This document shows positions 1 through 13,912 of a stretch of DNA of 64,000 bases, one piece after another; the stretch's first letter is position 1, and every line of letters begins with the position of its first letter. A model generated the notes under the pieces. That model worked only from the letters and a program-made list of their open reading frames with translations. It made no database searches and had not been told where the DNA came from. The translations under genes were made by a program, and so were the position numbers. Where the stretch lies: assembly GCA_030704615.1 (NCBI GenBank), contig CM060731.1, forward strand, positions 84,196,001-84,260,000, written 5' to 3'. Origin of the DNA: Takakia lepidozioides (Eukaryota > Plantae > Bryophyta).

Positions 1-1510
1 GTCGACTCCACTCCCAGGCCCACACGTCGACATTTTGAAAATGTAACAACGATCGGATTCGTTGCCTTGCCCTGGAAACCTGCTACCTTGGATGTAGTCA
101 TATCCAGTCATTCGTTTCACCTCCAGGATTGAGTACATGTCCGACCCCCTGCCGAACTCCTGCTTGCAAGATACGATGTGATTCCGCACATTCGGACTAC
201 AAATGTGCGAGACGGACTCCAAGAGGTCACGCATCTCGTCTTCGGTCAAGGGCTCTCGGTCGGAACCATCTTCAGACATGATTTTGCCAAGAGCAATCTT
301 GTGGGCTGCCTTCAGCTGAATCTGCTTTGGTCTGGCTCCGGGGCTCAATTTCACCTCCTCTTTTATGATGTCGTGTGCTTCCTGCACAGCCTCATGCATG
401 TTGCCTCTCGCCAAGGGGTGGCAGTGGACCCCAACGTGTATGCAAGCTCTAGTCAAGTCCGGGAGCAAATGGATTACGTAATATTGCTTGGCTCTGCACA
501 TGGACATACACGTCGGTGGTTCTTTCCAATGTGCACACTTGAAAGAACCCGCAGGAGCTTGGTTGGAGACAATGAATGGATGATGCGTTGTGCCAGTCCA
601 ATCCGTCTCGTTTCTCCGCCCTCCTTGGAGAGAAAGTGGAAGCAGGTGGGATTGAGGCACCTCAGCTTCCCCGCACAGAAGACATATCGTACACGAACAC
701 CATCAGCAATTTTCGTGCTACTGGTCTTCGTCACACACCAGGGGTGTCCGTCATGCTTTCGATCCATGTCTGTTAACATCCCGGAGGCTTTGTTTGACGA
801 AACAGGAACAGGTGGAAACTCGAAGATGACATTGCCATCGACTTCGGGAGGCAGAAACGTTACCTTTTTGACTGGGAATTTGGCATAGTCGAGAGCAGCC
901 AGCTCGGAGCGAGAACCATCGAGGTGATGTTGTCGTAGGAGCTGCACAATGGACCGGGTTGGAGTTATGCTCGAGGGCACATGCGTAGCACTACAGAGAC
1001 GTCCATGCCGGATTTGAACGACCGTGTGGAGGACATGGGTACCTCAATGCAATCATCTTCCTCGTCGGAAATGTCGAATACGTCCACACGAGAAGCTATG
1101 GAGGGTCTTGACGGTCCAGGTCGGGAATGATTATCGTTGCATACCTCTCTGTTGGCAGTGGCCGCCTGTCAGTTTCCGGACTCCTTTGTGGATGGTGTGG
1201 GCAGCGACTGATTCGGAAAGGGAATGGGCATTCCCACAGCTCGGTACAGGATGGTGTCTGATGGGGGGACGCGCCATTCCATTCCGCAACCTCCGTCGTT
1301 ACCTAGCACGACAATGGTCTCGTCAACCTGCCCAGAAACATCCTTCCTTTCTTCTTCCAAATAAATTGTGCCCGGTTTGAGCTTGAATTTAGAACAAAGG
1401 TAAGTTTCAGTCACTCTGCAAAGTCCTCCCTCGTTTGGGATCCAGGCTCTCCCAAGTTGGGGAGGACAACAAACTATAGCGTAGGAATTCGGAGCCATCG
1501 AAGACCGCAC
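1..1510 (-). pseudogene. Frameshifted 5' half of the Mutator-like transposase (GCM-like zinc domain)
   Basis: ORFs 1169..1510 and 474..980 match the protein of ORF 33201..35696 (RYVFCAGKLRCLNPTC...), broken by indels. Confidence 0.85.
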
Positions 1511-2018
1511 GAAGTTGGCAAGTGCAAGGATCAGTATAGCGAGAGACCAAGGCTCATAGGCACCACGTCAGTGGTAATGCGGAGTCCATCGCCGATTGAA
1601 GTAGAAGTATTGTTTCAAGCTACATGCATGAAGGTGGGCGGTGTGATTCCATATGCAGTAAGTGACACAATGATGGCCGATTCGGCGACGAAAATAACAT
1701 CTCCTGACAGTGGATCAAGTAGTAGTATTCGGGGTGCAGACATGAACGTTCGCACTGTCAAGTGCCAGGGGTGCTAGTTAAAACGGTTAGATACCCAAGT
1801 TGTGCTCATTAACACAGGCCGCAATTGTGTTGTTTCGGAGCACTGCAACCCATTGCACATGGATGAATGGGAAGGCGGTCCCGCAACCCAGTTCGACATC
1901 ATCCACTCCTTGATTGTGATCGGAAATGCGGTACCGGATTTCCGTCCGATTTCTTTCATTGGAATCCAGAGAGGTTACCCATATCTGACGTGTGTGCTAC
2001 TTTCGATTGCTGTTGGAC

Positions 2019-3760
2019 GGAAATACGGAGCCGCATTTCAATTTTGAATCTTAGTCATGCACCAGTGCCACTTAAATGCGGCACCGCATTTCCGTCCACC
2101 AGAGACCTTCATATTCTTCAGAACGGAAAAGTGATACTGCATTTCCGTTACGACTGAAAACCGTGAACCACCGGAACTGTAATGCGGCACCGCATTTCCG
2201 TCCGAGTCCCGCCTTCGGACATTCCAGATCGGAAATACGGCGCCGCATTTCCGTTTTCAATCTGTGCCATGGAGCTTGGGGACCGAAATGCGGCACAGCA
2301 TTTCCGTCCGGGGCACTGTATCATACTCTGCAGAACGGAAATTCGGCACCGCATTCCCGTTCTGAGTCAAAATCGTTATCCACCGGAACTGTAATGCGGC
2401 ACCGCATTTCCGTCCCAGTCCCGTGGCTTGGAGCTGTTGGACCGAAATGCGGCAAGCATTTCCGTCGGGGCAGTGTTTTTTATACTCTGTAGCACGGAAA
2501 TTCGGTACCGAATTCCCGTTCCAAGTCAAAATCGTGATCCACCGGAACTGTAATGCGGCACCGCATTTCCGTCCCAGTCCCGCCTTCGGACATTCCAGAT
2601 CGGAAATGCGGTGCCGCATTTCCATTTTCAATCTGTGGCAGTGAGCTGTGGGACGGAAATGCGGCACCGCATTTCCGTCCGGGGCAGTGTTTCATACTGT
2701 CCCGAACGGAATTGCGGCACCGCATTCCCGTCCTGAGTGAAAATCATGATCCAGCGGAACTGAAATGCGGGATCGCAATTCCTTCCGAGTCCCGCCATCG
2801 GACATTCCAGAACGGAAATGCGGCGCCGCATTTCCGTTTTCAATCTGTGGCTTGGAGCTGTCGGACCGAAATGCGGCACAGCATTTCCGCCCGTGGCAGA
2901 CTTTCGTACTCTTCAGAATGGAATTTATGTGCCGCATTCCCGTTTCTGAGTGAAAATCATTATCCAACGGAACTGTAATGCGGCAACGCATTTCCTTCCG
3001 AGTCCCGCCTTCGAACATTCCAGAATGGAAATGCGGCGCCGGATTTCCGTTTTCAATTTGTGGCATGTAGCTGTGGGACGGAAATACGGCACCGCAATTC
3101 CGCTTTGGGCAGACTTTCATACTGTTAAGAACGGAATTGCGGCACCGCATTCCCATCCTCAGTGAAAATCGTGATCCACCGGAACTGTAATGCAACACCG
3201 CATTTCCGTCCTAGTCCCGCCTTCGGACATTCCAGATCGGAAATGCGGCGCCGCAATTCCGTTCCAGTCCCGCCTTCGGACATTCCAGATCGGAAATGAG
3301 GCGCCGCATTTCCGTTCCAGTCCCGCCTTCGGACATTCCAGATCGGAAATGAGGCGCCGCATTTCCGTTCCAGTCCCGCCTTCGGACATTCCAGATCGGA
3401 AATGCGGCGCCGCATTTCCGTTTTCAATCTGTGGCAGTGAGCTGGGGACGGGAATGCGGCACCAGCATTTCCGTCCGGGGCAGTGTTTCATACTGTCAAG
3501 AACGGAATTGCGGCACCGCATTCCCGTCCTGAGTGAAAATCCTGATCCACAGGAACTGAAATGCGGGATCGCAATTCCTTCCGAGTCCCGCCATCGGACA
3601 TTCCAGAACGGAAATGCGGCGCCGCATTTCCGTTTTCAATCTGTGGCATGGAGCTGCAGGGCGGAAATCTGGCATCGCATTTCCGTCCGGGGCAGACTTT
3701 CATACTCTTCAGAATGGAATTTCCACTCTCTTTCATCTAGCGCTGGGACGGAAATGCCAT
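2019..3760. repeat. Array of about 33 palindromic 22-bp motifs at a 53-bp period, with a 212-bp four-unit higher-order repeat
   Basis: The ggaactg marker recurs at 2173, 2385, 2544, 2756, 2969 and 3181. One unit is amplified at 3239, 3292, 3345 and 3398. Confidence 0.95.
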
Positions 3761-4150
3761 GATATGTGAACACGTGGACAAACGGAATTGCGGCACTTGT
3801 CTGCTCTCATGTGTCTGAAGTGACAAGAGGCGGCGCGGCCTGACCGTTGGTTAATGTTCGTTTTGGACGGCAGGCGTACCCTTGACGATGGAGAGTTTCG
3901 TAATGACGCATAGTCCACGCGGACACACTTTCATGGAAGCCTTTCGAATCCAAGTGGTGCATTACTGCCGTTACATCTTCTGTCGTGTCTACTCAGCCAC
4001 CCCTCTCGCGCCCTTTCCATCTGCACTCTTCTCCCATTTTCCTGTCTCTGTTCTTCTTATGCTCGAACCTGAGAGGGGGGGAGGGGAGTTGTGCACCAGA
4101 CAGAGAGACCTCGTCGCAAGCTCCGAAAATTATACTTCGGACGTAGGCCA

Positions 4151-7100
4151 ATGCCGAAGGGGAGGAAGCAGATGCGTCTACAAGAGGAGATTGCCATCTC
4201 CGAGCAGCAGGCCACTCAGGCAACCCAGCCACCAGTGAGAGCTCCATGCGATCGGGCTGCGCGCAGCTGATCGAGCACCGAACCCCCCATTTTGCTTCTG
4301 TAATTCTTAGACTGAATGCTAGGAGACTTGAATGCATAACATATTTGCATGCCTAACAGGAAAGGTGGACGTGCTGGAGGGATCGTAGGAATCCGAAGAG
4401 CCGCAGGAAGAGTCCGTGGAGCTAGCTGCAGCACGTACACCCACCCGATCCCCAAGCGCGGGTATTCCTGCCGGGCCTAGCCCTGTGCGTTTCAAAGACG
4501 CGGCTTCGAAGGGCAAGTTCACAAAGCCCCAGAGATCGACTCTCGTTCTTCGGTCATGGAGAATCGCCAGCAGGGGTCGGGCCCTTCTCCAGCAAAGTCG
4601 AAGAAGAAGCAGCCCGTCCCTCAATGGTTTCTGAACCGGCTCAGGCCGTTTCACCCCCACCAACGCGAATGAAGCAGCAGGGGTAAAGGACAGAAGATTC
4701 AATTGCAGCAGACACCTTCACCTGCAAGGATGAGGAAGGAAAGCAGAGAAGGCAATCAGGGCGAAGGACAACATTCTCCCGCAAAACTGCTTCCACGAGC
4801 TGAAGCTCAGTTCCTGGAGGATTTCCCGCCTGTAGATTGTTGGGGCCGTCTCTGCTGCAGCGAAGGCAATGGGATCGACCGTTTTTGTCAATTTGGTACG
4901 GAGGAGGGTGCTGCCGCTCAACGTTCGCAGCAAGACCTCACCACCGATGAGCAAGCAGGCCCGGAGGAGGCCTCTGCAATGGCAGAATTGCCCGCAAACA
5001 GGCCCCAGAGTGCAGCTCCAGTTGAGGATGCTCCAGCTGCTCAGCCACTACCGGCACTACAGACATGTCTCCGGAGGGATTTCAAAAATGCAGCGGATAA
5101 AATGTTGGAGGAGACAACAGTAGCATTGGCAGAGTTCTGGGCAGCAGGGTATTCCAGCGGACTCTTCAAATCCCACTCTGGCGCATGGTCTCCCTTCCAT
5201 CGTCAGTAGGCCCTTCCCGGAGATGTGGATAAGCTGAAGTTCGAATTTCGAGAAGGGTACCGTCTGGGATCGGCAGCGTTTTACGTTTCCATTGAGAATG
5301 AGGACGGCGAAACTCGTGGACCCACTGCCGATGAATTGTGAACGTGGGATACCCACTGGCACACTCGCAACGACGAATTCAAGGCGACGCTGAAGGGTGA
5401 TCCAGACTTCGGCCATATGTCGGGGGTATGTAAAATGTCTTGTGAGGGACAGGAAATCACCGACTTCTCTGCCTGTGGGAGTACATCAAGCAGAACCATG
5501 CCAAGCACATTGGCTGGCATTACATGGTGGACTGTGTGCATCCTGAAGGTGAAGGTGCAGACTCCTCCCTGCTCAAGAATGCCATGGCGGGACCTCAAAC
5601 TCGTAAGATACTCATACCCTCCCTAGCACGTTCAAAATGCGGTGCCGCATTTCGGTTTCCATCTGGTTGTTTCCGTGCTTCCGTGTACTGAACTGGGGAG
5701 AGTGGGCCTTGCGGGTCACTGAGAATGCGTACGTGCATACCCACATGGCACATATGCTGTACAGGGTGAGGAAAACTGGTCTCACTGATCCGCAGATGTT
5801 TGCGGAAATGCTGGAGCCCGAGCTCATCAGAAAGCCGTTGCAAAAACAGGACCGGACATGGTATCGTCTCACTATGGATGGAATGGTGGTGGAGGTGATA
5901 TACGAAGTAAGTCGTCCTCCATTTCCATCTGCTCATCCTTCCCCAATTTCCAGTAATCTTTCCACATGAATCGAATGTAACGCTTCTGCATGTTTTTGTT
6001 GGCAATCAAACATCAAGCTGGATTGGGCCCATGCCAAACGCTTCTTCATAGAAAGTAGGGGCATGTGAAAATGTTGCAGTCATTGACTGAGCACTTGAAG
6101 GAAGCCGGTGTCAAGGCGCAGAACCAAATACAAGTCAAAGCTTGTGAAGCTGGTGGCAATTGCAGAGATCCGGCACTTGGAAAGGACTTCATCCCCGAGA
6201 TTGCAACCATGCAATTGGAGAGGACTGCCTCACCCTCTCAACGGCATGTGTTGAGCAAAAAGAGAAGGTGAGGTTTCAATGCACTGAGTTCCTTCCTAGC
6301 AATAGCCACTCTCTTCCAGATCCTGACATTGGATCGGAAATGGCAGACACGGTGGCTGTCGATCTGGAATGCATCCGAGAGCATAAGGACAATGTGGTCT
6401 TTTCCACTCGAAGTTTCCGACCCTGCAGTGGATGTGTGGCTCAACCGCATGAATTGGTGGTTCCAGGTAATTCAAGGTACTTCCCCAGATTGCTTTTCTG
6501 AAATGAATTCCCTGAACTGCTACGTGACAATGCATTTGGGAATCGCAGGTATAATGTCGAATGCGAAGGAGCAAAGTCGTAATGCACACAAATTCGTTCG
6601 GCTTGTACGTCAAATGGGATGGAACACAGACATTGGAAGACTACGTGACACGTTTCAGATGTGCGACAAGGACAACCTTCTTCGCCAGAGAGCTACAGAC
6701 AGCAAGAAGGAGCGTGGAGTTTACACATCAGGAGGGAGCGGGGAAAGCTGCAATGCGAATTGTTTACAGGTGAAGCACAGCTGCCTTGTATGCGAAGCCT
6801 GGTTATGAGGCTTTGTCTCGGAAATGCGGCACCGCCATTCGCATATTTTTCGTTGGCACTCTACGAGTAGGTTCGTCCCAATCTTATGCTCACGCATGCT
6901 GACTGCCTTGCAGGTATATGAAATACGTGCCCTTCAGACAGGGGGCCTGGCAAGAGCCCCCGTTCTTCATGGCTTGGACCGTGGCGGGCCCAAGCTGTGT
7001 CTACACACCCGAGATGCAAAAGAAACAATGGCATGCCGCGCATCTCGTTGGATGCCCTCTGGTACCTGAGATATGTTGGCGGTATGTTGACGAGTCTGAG

Positions 7101-9292
7101 AAAGATCTGCACGCCTTGGCAGAAGAGAAGAGAAAGGAAAGACGTGTCCCTGCTTGGCCAAAGTTGGCAAAGGAATCTGCTGCTCTGGAAGAATCCAGAA
7201 AGGCAGCTGAGATGGCACAAAAGACGGTGGATTGCAGCTGTGCAGGCCCAACAGAAGGGGTCGAAGAAGAAGAAGAGGACTTCACCAGCAAGGAGCAGCT
7301 GTTGTGACACCCGCCAAAACGAAGAAGAAGCAGAAACAGCTGTTCAGGGAAGAGGGTGACGAAGAGGACTCCGATGGAGACTTTGCAACCAGCCCACCCC
7401 CCAAACGCAGGCTGCCTCCTGTGCCCACCGTTGTCACGAGAGGCACGAGAATTGGCTCGGCAAAGAAGGCACTCTTCAACCCCCCAGGGGGGCACCCTTT
7501 CGAGCCGGTGGAAATGAAGAGGCCGAAAGTGGCTCCAGAAACAGGTCCAGGTGTTAAATGAGAAGTTTCTTGGCGGCTTTGGATGGACGGGCAGCCAAGT
7601 TGGATACATGAAGACCATGGAGGGTCTGAAGGGCAGAGCACTGAAGAAGGCGATTGCCGAAGAGCCTTCCGACACCCCAGGATTTCAGAATATGGTCTCG
7701 TTCTTTGAGAGGGTGAGGGTGTGTGTAGACAAGGATTGTAGGAGGGGCGGAAATGCCACCGAGGGCTGCGATATGATCATCTTGGATATTCCGGACGGAG
7801 AGCCTGTGGAAGGACTGCAAGCTTTGTCATCTTGGAACAGGTACTCGGAGGACTTTTGGAAAGAAAGGATTCGGGTTGCCCGCATGGTGTTGGACGACAG
7901 AGGCTGTTTGGGTTGTCCTGGCGAGCAGAGGAAAAAAACAATCAGACAGGAATTGCGAAGTGGACCCGCAAGAGCGCCGTCCGATTCTGAAAAAGAAGTG
8001 GACGTGCATCAACACACTGGGCCTCGGTCGGAAGGGAAGAAGGTAATTACGACACTGGCACTCGTCCATTCATTTGCTTGGGTGTTTTCAAATGCGGTGC
8101 CTCATTTGGTTTCGAATCGTTCCCCCCTGTGTATGCAGACAAAGCAGTTCAATGCATACTGCTTGTGAAGGAGAAACTCCACCTTTGCTTTCCAGAAGGA
8201 GGGAGGAAAGGTTGACCACGAACTGCGGACCCCCTCGATTACGACGTTTTGTTCAACAACATTCCCAAAGGAAACTTCTCCTCATAGCCTCACTTCAACG
8301 AACCCCTGCGGTACTCACGGACTCGGAGCCCTGCCTTCATTCAGACAAATTATGGAGACATGCACAGACGTGGAGGGCACAGTGCTGGACCTCATCTGTG
8401 GGACCAGGTATGCAGAATCTTGTTCTATGTGTTCTTGCAAATTCTCGTTAGGATGTAGTTCGCAACATCTGAAGCGCCATGTTGTAATGTGTGGATGGCA
8501 TTTTGTAACAGGTGCCTCAATGGGGCTGGGCGGTTCTCCGACCGGCACATCTTTGCCTACGAGGAGGACTCATCCGTGTGGGGATCCCATCTGGAAGGGC
8601 TGAACGGAATGTTTAAGGCTCCCAACAGAGCGAAGTCTCCTCGGATTCGGGAGGAGTCCGAGGAGACCACAGTGGACATTGAGGCGGAGGAGAACAGGAA
8701 TACGAGTGGAGTGCAAAATTGTAAGTTTGCAAAGCCTTCTGGGTCATTTTTGTCAAACGAATTTCCGACTGTGGTTCTCATTAGTCTCGTTGACTGATGT
8801 CATGTGCAGGATTGCAGGGTCCCGGGAGAAACAGGTAGGGCCTACACTTCCTGCTAGGAAGAATGTCCCGTTCTTTGCAAGGGCCGACTTCATGACGAGC
8901 CCGGTGAGGAACTACTCCCTTCCTAGTTATGCCGCCTAAACTCGCAAATAAAGAGATTAGAAGAAGTGGAGAATCCCAGTAAAGTAGAGCAGATTTTGGG
9001 AGAGGGCTAGGGGAGGACAGAAGGATAAGGAAAGATGTTGGCAGCAGCTCAGACAGGTAGACGGGGTACGAAAAAGTACATATGTGATTCAGCGGATGAG
9101 AGCGACGCAGACAGGGAGGAAGCGACCAACGGAGGTGAGATGGACAGTTCCGACGGGGAAGATGGGATTTTTGAAAGCCTGGCCAACGAGCAGTCCGCTG
9201 GAGAGGAGAAAGGCAATGAGGGGGGGTGGAGGGCGGAGAGGACAGTCTGTTAGAACAGGAGAGGATTCTTTGGATGATTTTCAAGATAATAG
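4151..9292 (+). pseudogene. Copy 1 of the ParB-like + DNA methyltransferase-like gene, heavily frameshifted
   Basis: Matches 38048-43170 exon by exon. It retains LDIPDG (DIPDG at 7785-7799) and VLDLICGT, but the DGNHR region is corrupted by indels. Confidence 0.85.
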
Positions 9293-9407
9293 AATTTAAG
9301 AAGTCTGTGTAAATGTAAATTCTCTTCCAGAGTATATAAAGGAAATTTCTCACACGGACATTCATGACCCCCTCCTCCAGTGTGCCTGGAAATCCAGCCA
9401 CACCAAT

Positions 9408-9907
9408 NNNNNNNNNNNNNNNNNNNNNNNNNNNNNNNNNNNNNNNNNNNNNNNNNNNNNNNNNNNNNNNNNNNNNNNNNNNNNNNNNNNNNNNNNNNNN
9501 NNNNNNNNNNNNNNNNNNNNNNNNNNNNNNNNNNNNNNNNNNNNNNNNNNNNNNNNNNNNNNNNNNNNNNNNNNNNNNNNNNNNNNNNNNNNNNNNNNNN
9601 NNNNNNNNNNNNNNNNNNNNNNNNNNNNNNNNNNNNNNNNNNNNNNNNNNNNNNNNNNNNNNNNNNNNNNNNNNNNNNNNNNNNNNNNNNNNNNNNNNNN
9701 NNNNNNNNNNNNNNNNNNNNNNNNNNNNNNNNNNNNNNNNNNNNNNNNNNNNNNNNNNNNNNNNNNNNNNNNNNNNNNNNNNNNNNNNNNNNNNNNNNNN
9801 NNNNNNNNNNNNNNNNNNNNNNNNNNNNNNNNNNNNNNNNNNNNNNNNNNNNNNNNNNNNNNNNNNNNNNNNNNNNNNNNNNNNNNNNNNNNNNNNNNNN
9901 NNNNNNN
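9408..9907. other. Assembly gap (500 N)
   Basis: Run of N. Confidence 1.
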
Positions 9908-9911
9908 TCAG

Positions 9912-12900
9912 GTGGTTGGAGATATGGAATTCGGATCCTCTTCAGAGAGACACGAATATGTTCCCAACTCCAGAGAGGGACCCGAAGACACAAGCAATAA
10001 GAGTTGTTAGCGACCACACATTCGACCAGTGGCTACACAAAGCCACATTCTGGAGCCAGGTAAGGTTTGAACCAAACCATTTTCAGACATTTGTGTTGCT
10101 CCGTAACCTCTCCCAAATTCTTACGAGCTTTCTTGTTGCAGTTAGAAAAACGTGCAGTGGCTGCACTTGCTAAGTCGATGGCAGACTACAAAATCCAGAT
10201 GGCTTGCCCCCGGATCACACTGGAGGCCTATATCAGGAGAAGGAAGCTCGCTGTCTGGAACAACTGCTTCTTCAGGGAGTTTGAGAAAGAGAAAGGAATC
10301 TCCAGGTCTTACGAATTCAAAAACCAGTACAACAGCGAGCAAGCAATGAAGCGAGTGTTGTTCAGGTGTGACCTCCTTGAATCAAAATTGGTGCTTGAAG
10401 GGCATGTTTCTGCAATCTTGTGTCGTTCTTTCCATAAAGAATTGCGAATTTGCAGTGCTTTGCGAGATCTCTGAGGGCTCTGCATGTGCAGTCGAGCAAC
10501 ATTGCGTTAACGCAAGGTTGTTTCCCATTGTCCTGGTTTCACTTACATATACCTGGGTATCCCATAATGCCGTTTTTCTAAATGTGAAAGGGGATAAACT
10601 GACAGGAAAATCAGCCTTGCGTCAATGCAAGGTTGATGAAGTGGCAGGCTATGTAGCTTTTCCTGTGGTTTTGGGTAGTTCAAATCCAGTTCCAATGCTG
10701 CCAAGATGAACATAAGACTGTTTGGAGTCGGTTTGAAATGCTATTTACAACTTTCACTGTACCAACAAACAGACTTGCGTTGACGCAAGGTTGTTTGGCG
10801 GTATGGATTGCTGGAAATTTCCCGCAGCCATCCCCCAATTTCAATACAATTGTAGGAAACTTATGATTATCAGATAGCATTGACATGTGTTTCAACAGAG
10901 GATTTCAACATTGCGCCAACGCAATGTTGAATATCCGCACCAGTACATAGTCAGATGGTAGTTTTCAGGCAGTGTTTTCTGTTTCCTCTCTGAATGAAAA
11001 CAACCTTGCGTTGAAGCAATGTTGAATTGCGTTTCTCAGTCGTTGTCTCTATCAATACAACATTATCATTTGGTGTTTCCCATTTCTGCTCGAATGAACA
11101 TTGTTGATTCGGGATTTCAAAAGTAGAATTCTCAGTGTTGCCTTCCTGCATTTCAATATCTTTTTCCGGATGTGTGTTCTTTTTCGTTTTCTGATCGAAT
11201 GATTGTCTGGGTTTTTTGTGTGTGATTCAGGTATATGTATCATATCCTCATACCGGGAAAGTACCTTAGCGATGACCTAGACTTCATCTATTCATGGGCT
11301 GACCCCTCCAATGACAAGACAATGTACACGGCTGGTATTGCCAAAGACTGGAGCAGGGCGCACTTCCGAGACTGTGGGTGGTACCTCGACCTGCCAAAAC
11401 ATGACACTCCATTCGATGAAGTTGTTTTGAGAAACCTGAACGACAATGCCGCAGCGATTGCCCCATTGGCTGACAAAGACATCGAGGACAGAATCATTTC
11501 GGCTCTGGCTGCAAAAGAGCCCGAGAAAACTGCTACTCCAAAACGAAAGGGGAAGATTGTCGGGGATCCGAAGGGGAAGGGGAAAAGTGCAGCTCCGCAA
11601 GGACAGGGACCGTCAGAGGTTCCTGAAAGACAGCCTTCTCCCGCAAGGAGGGATAGGAGAACATCAAAGTCGAGGGAGCAAGTTTTCGAGGCGAGAGAAC
11701 ATCCCTCCAGGGTTTTGGGCCAGTTCAATCGTAAGGTGCTGAATGAAAGTTTTCTTGCAATGATAGAGTCCAGGAAGTCCACATTCAAAGGGGTGCCCTC
11801 GAAATCATGGGACATGCTTGTTTCGTTCCTCACTCAGGTGAACACTTATGTCTAAACTGTTGTATGAATAATTGTGTTTTGGCAGCTTGTTGTGGCTTGT
11901 CCAGGGGATTGATCTCCTGTTAGATTTGGATTGGGCTTCTTACACTGTCTCATGTTTTTTGCTGTAGGTCACAAAAAGTCCGGAATGGGTGAATGGAGTT
12001 CAGCAGGCATACGCGACTGACCTTGTGGTGCTGGACATTCCTGACGGTTTTCCTGTCCCTGATGTGTTTTCTTCCAATTCGACCCCGACTTGGAACGAAT
12101 CGGATTCTCGTTACTGGCAGTGGGCTTTCTCGTTCAGCAACAAGTTCCTTTCAAACTCGGGGGCTCTTCTTCTCATGCAGTCAAAGGACATGTCGGCTCG
12201 AAGAACTCTTTTCAGCTACATGAAAGCTTCCGGGTTTCGTGTCATCAAAACTTGGACATGCATCAATACTTTGCCTCTTACGAAGGGCGAGTTCCCGGGG
12301 CAGAAAGTGAGTTGGTTCCTTTCAATTGATGTTTCGTGGTTTTTCGGTGAATCAAAATGGTGGGTTATGTCTTCTGTCTCATTCTCTCTTCGTGATTATT
12401 GACAGACACGGATGTTCGAAGCTTTGTGCCTGGTGAGGCGGAAGGACACTCTTCCTGCTGGTGTTGCTGAGTTTCAGTTGAGGGACCTTGCAGCTCACAT
12501 TGACCCCACCTACGAGCCTGTGGAGGATGATGTTATCTTCAATTACGTCGACTCGGGTTGGACTATGAAAAGGTCGATTGGTGTCCCTTGGAGAGGTGCA
12601 CGGGAGAAATCTCCAGCTTTCATACAGACTTTGGTGGAGACATGCAGCCGTCATGGTGGACGAGTGGTTGACTTGTCTATGGGCACAGGTGGGGCCCTTC
12701 ACACTGTGTTTGACATATGGGCAGTGACCTTAGGGAAACCCTGTTTTTATTTCTCGTTCTTCTTGGATTTGCAGGAGCATGTTTTCATGCTTGCAAGAGC
12801 GTCGGAAGGCACTTCTTCGGCATGGAAGCTGATACGGAGCTCTTCTCAAGCGAGCTTCGTCAGCTTGAGTCGGGCACTACTTCTGCCCCATCCACAGAGG

Positions 12901-12968
12901 GACTTCTGGAGGAGCCCGAAGCGCCTGACAAGGATCTAGACGTGGACTCCGATTTTGAGTGTGAGTAA
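9912..12968 (+). CDS. 3' exons of a beta-class N4C/N6A DNA methyltransferase-like gene (subfamily 2)
   Basis: Predicted GT-AG exons 9912-10059, 10142-10365, 11231-11837, 11968-12306, 12406-12688 and 12775-12968. Motifs DLVVLDIPDG, EKSPAFIQTLVETCSRHGGRVVDLSMGTG and ACKSVGRHFFGMEAD. Most intron positions are shared with the 38048-43170 gene. Confidence 0.8.
10497..11024. repeat. Five copies of a 24-bp imperfect palindrome (e.g. CAACATTGCGTTAACGCAAGGTTG) in one intron
   Basis: Copies at 10497, 10612, 10770, 10906 and 11001. Confidence 0.85.
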
Positions 12969-13912
12969 GTTCTTGTGTAGTCGTGCAAAATATGTTGCAT
13001 TTCCTTGTGTCGTTCCCATTCGAGAAATAGTGGCTTTCGTTGTCTATATCTGGATGTTAACATCTACCACCATTCCTCTTCTTGCTTTGCAGAGTTCAAC
13101 ACCAGTCATCGAATCAGCAGACACCTTTCGGTTTCCAAGGATACTACATGTCCCTGAGCCCCCCTAGATCCAACCGCTTGCCGGTTTACGCGGAAGCTTG
13201 CGCACGGGTGTTATCCGAACAAACACTGTATTCGCATCTCCATGAAGGTCGTGGAAAAAAAAACGTCATGGATGTGCTGCTGTATTCATAGATGATATTG
13301 CTGTAAACTCTGGAAGTGGTTCCTCTGAAACCTCCAATATTTCTTTAGGTTCAAGTACCGAGGCTCAATAAATTGTGTTTTGGTTTTGCTTCCATCTCCA
13401 AACTGTTTTTCAAGTTCTTTGCGCGTTCCCGTAAGTACAGTTAGGGATTGCCTAGGATAGGTCTTCGGATTGCGGAATTGAAAAATGTTTGTGTGTTGGA
13501 ATGAATGTACTGCTTTGCCCAAAAAAAATGTTTGTTTTTAATATTCAGTTCTCTAGTGGACGATCTCCTCATTCCAAAGTCATGACCTCAATCATAATTC
13601 ATCCGCAAACCTGCCATTGTTCTCGGCCACAAAGAATATTCATGTGGGGGCCATGAAGAGGGATAAAAAATTAGGACATAGGCGACAGCTGATCCGCGGT
13701 AATAGGGGGGGGGTAAGCACGGAATTAGGGCCTGAACACGTGGATGCTTGCTGACGTGGCGTCATGCTCACAGGCTCATGCGCAAGCATTCCCCCATTTC
13801 CATGTATCAGACTTTTTTTTGCAGTGTAATGAAATGCACCCCAAAACTCCTGGAATGAGGCAATATTCCATTCAAACTGAGATCCAACAGAAGTAGTTGT
13901 GGGGCCATTTCT

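Larger units (their letters stand above)
1..9407. mobile_element. Partial copy 1 of the ParB-MTase Mutator-like transposon, cut by the window start and the N gap
   Basis: Colinear and highly similar to about 33984-43277: transposase 5' half, palindrome array and ParB-MTase gene. Many small indels. Confidence 0.9.

Noticed and set aside
1867-3762. Many overlapping ORFs with EMRHRIS, KCGAAFP and GNAAPHF repeats (also at 35.8-37.7, 43.3-44.3 and 51.7-52.5 kb)
   Set aside because: These are translation artefacts of a stop-free palindrome read in all six frames.
9250-10173. Long ORFs spanning 9.3-10.1 kb
   Set aside because: They are read through the N gap.
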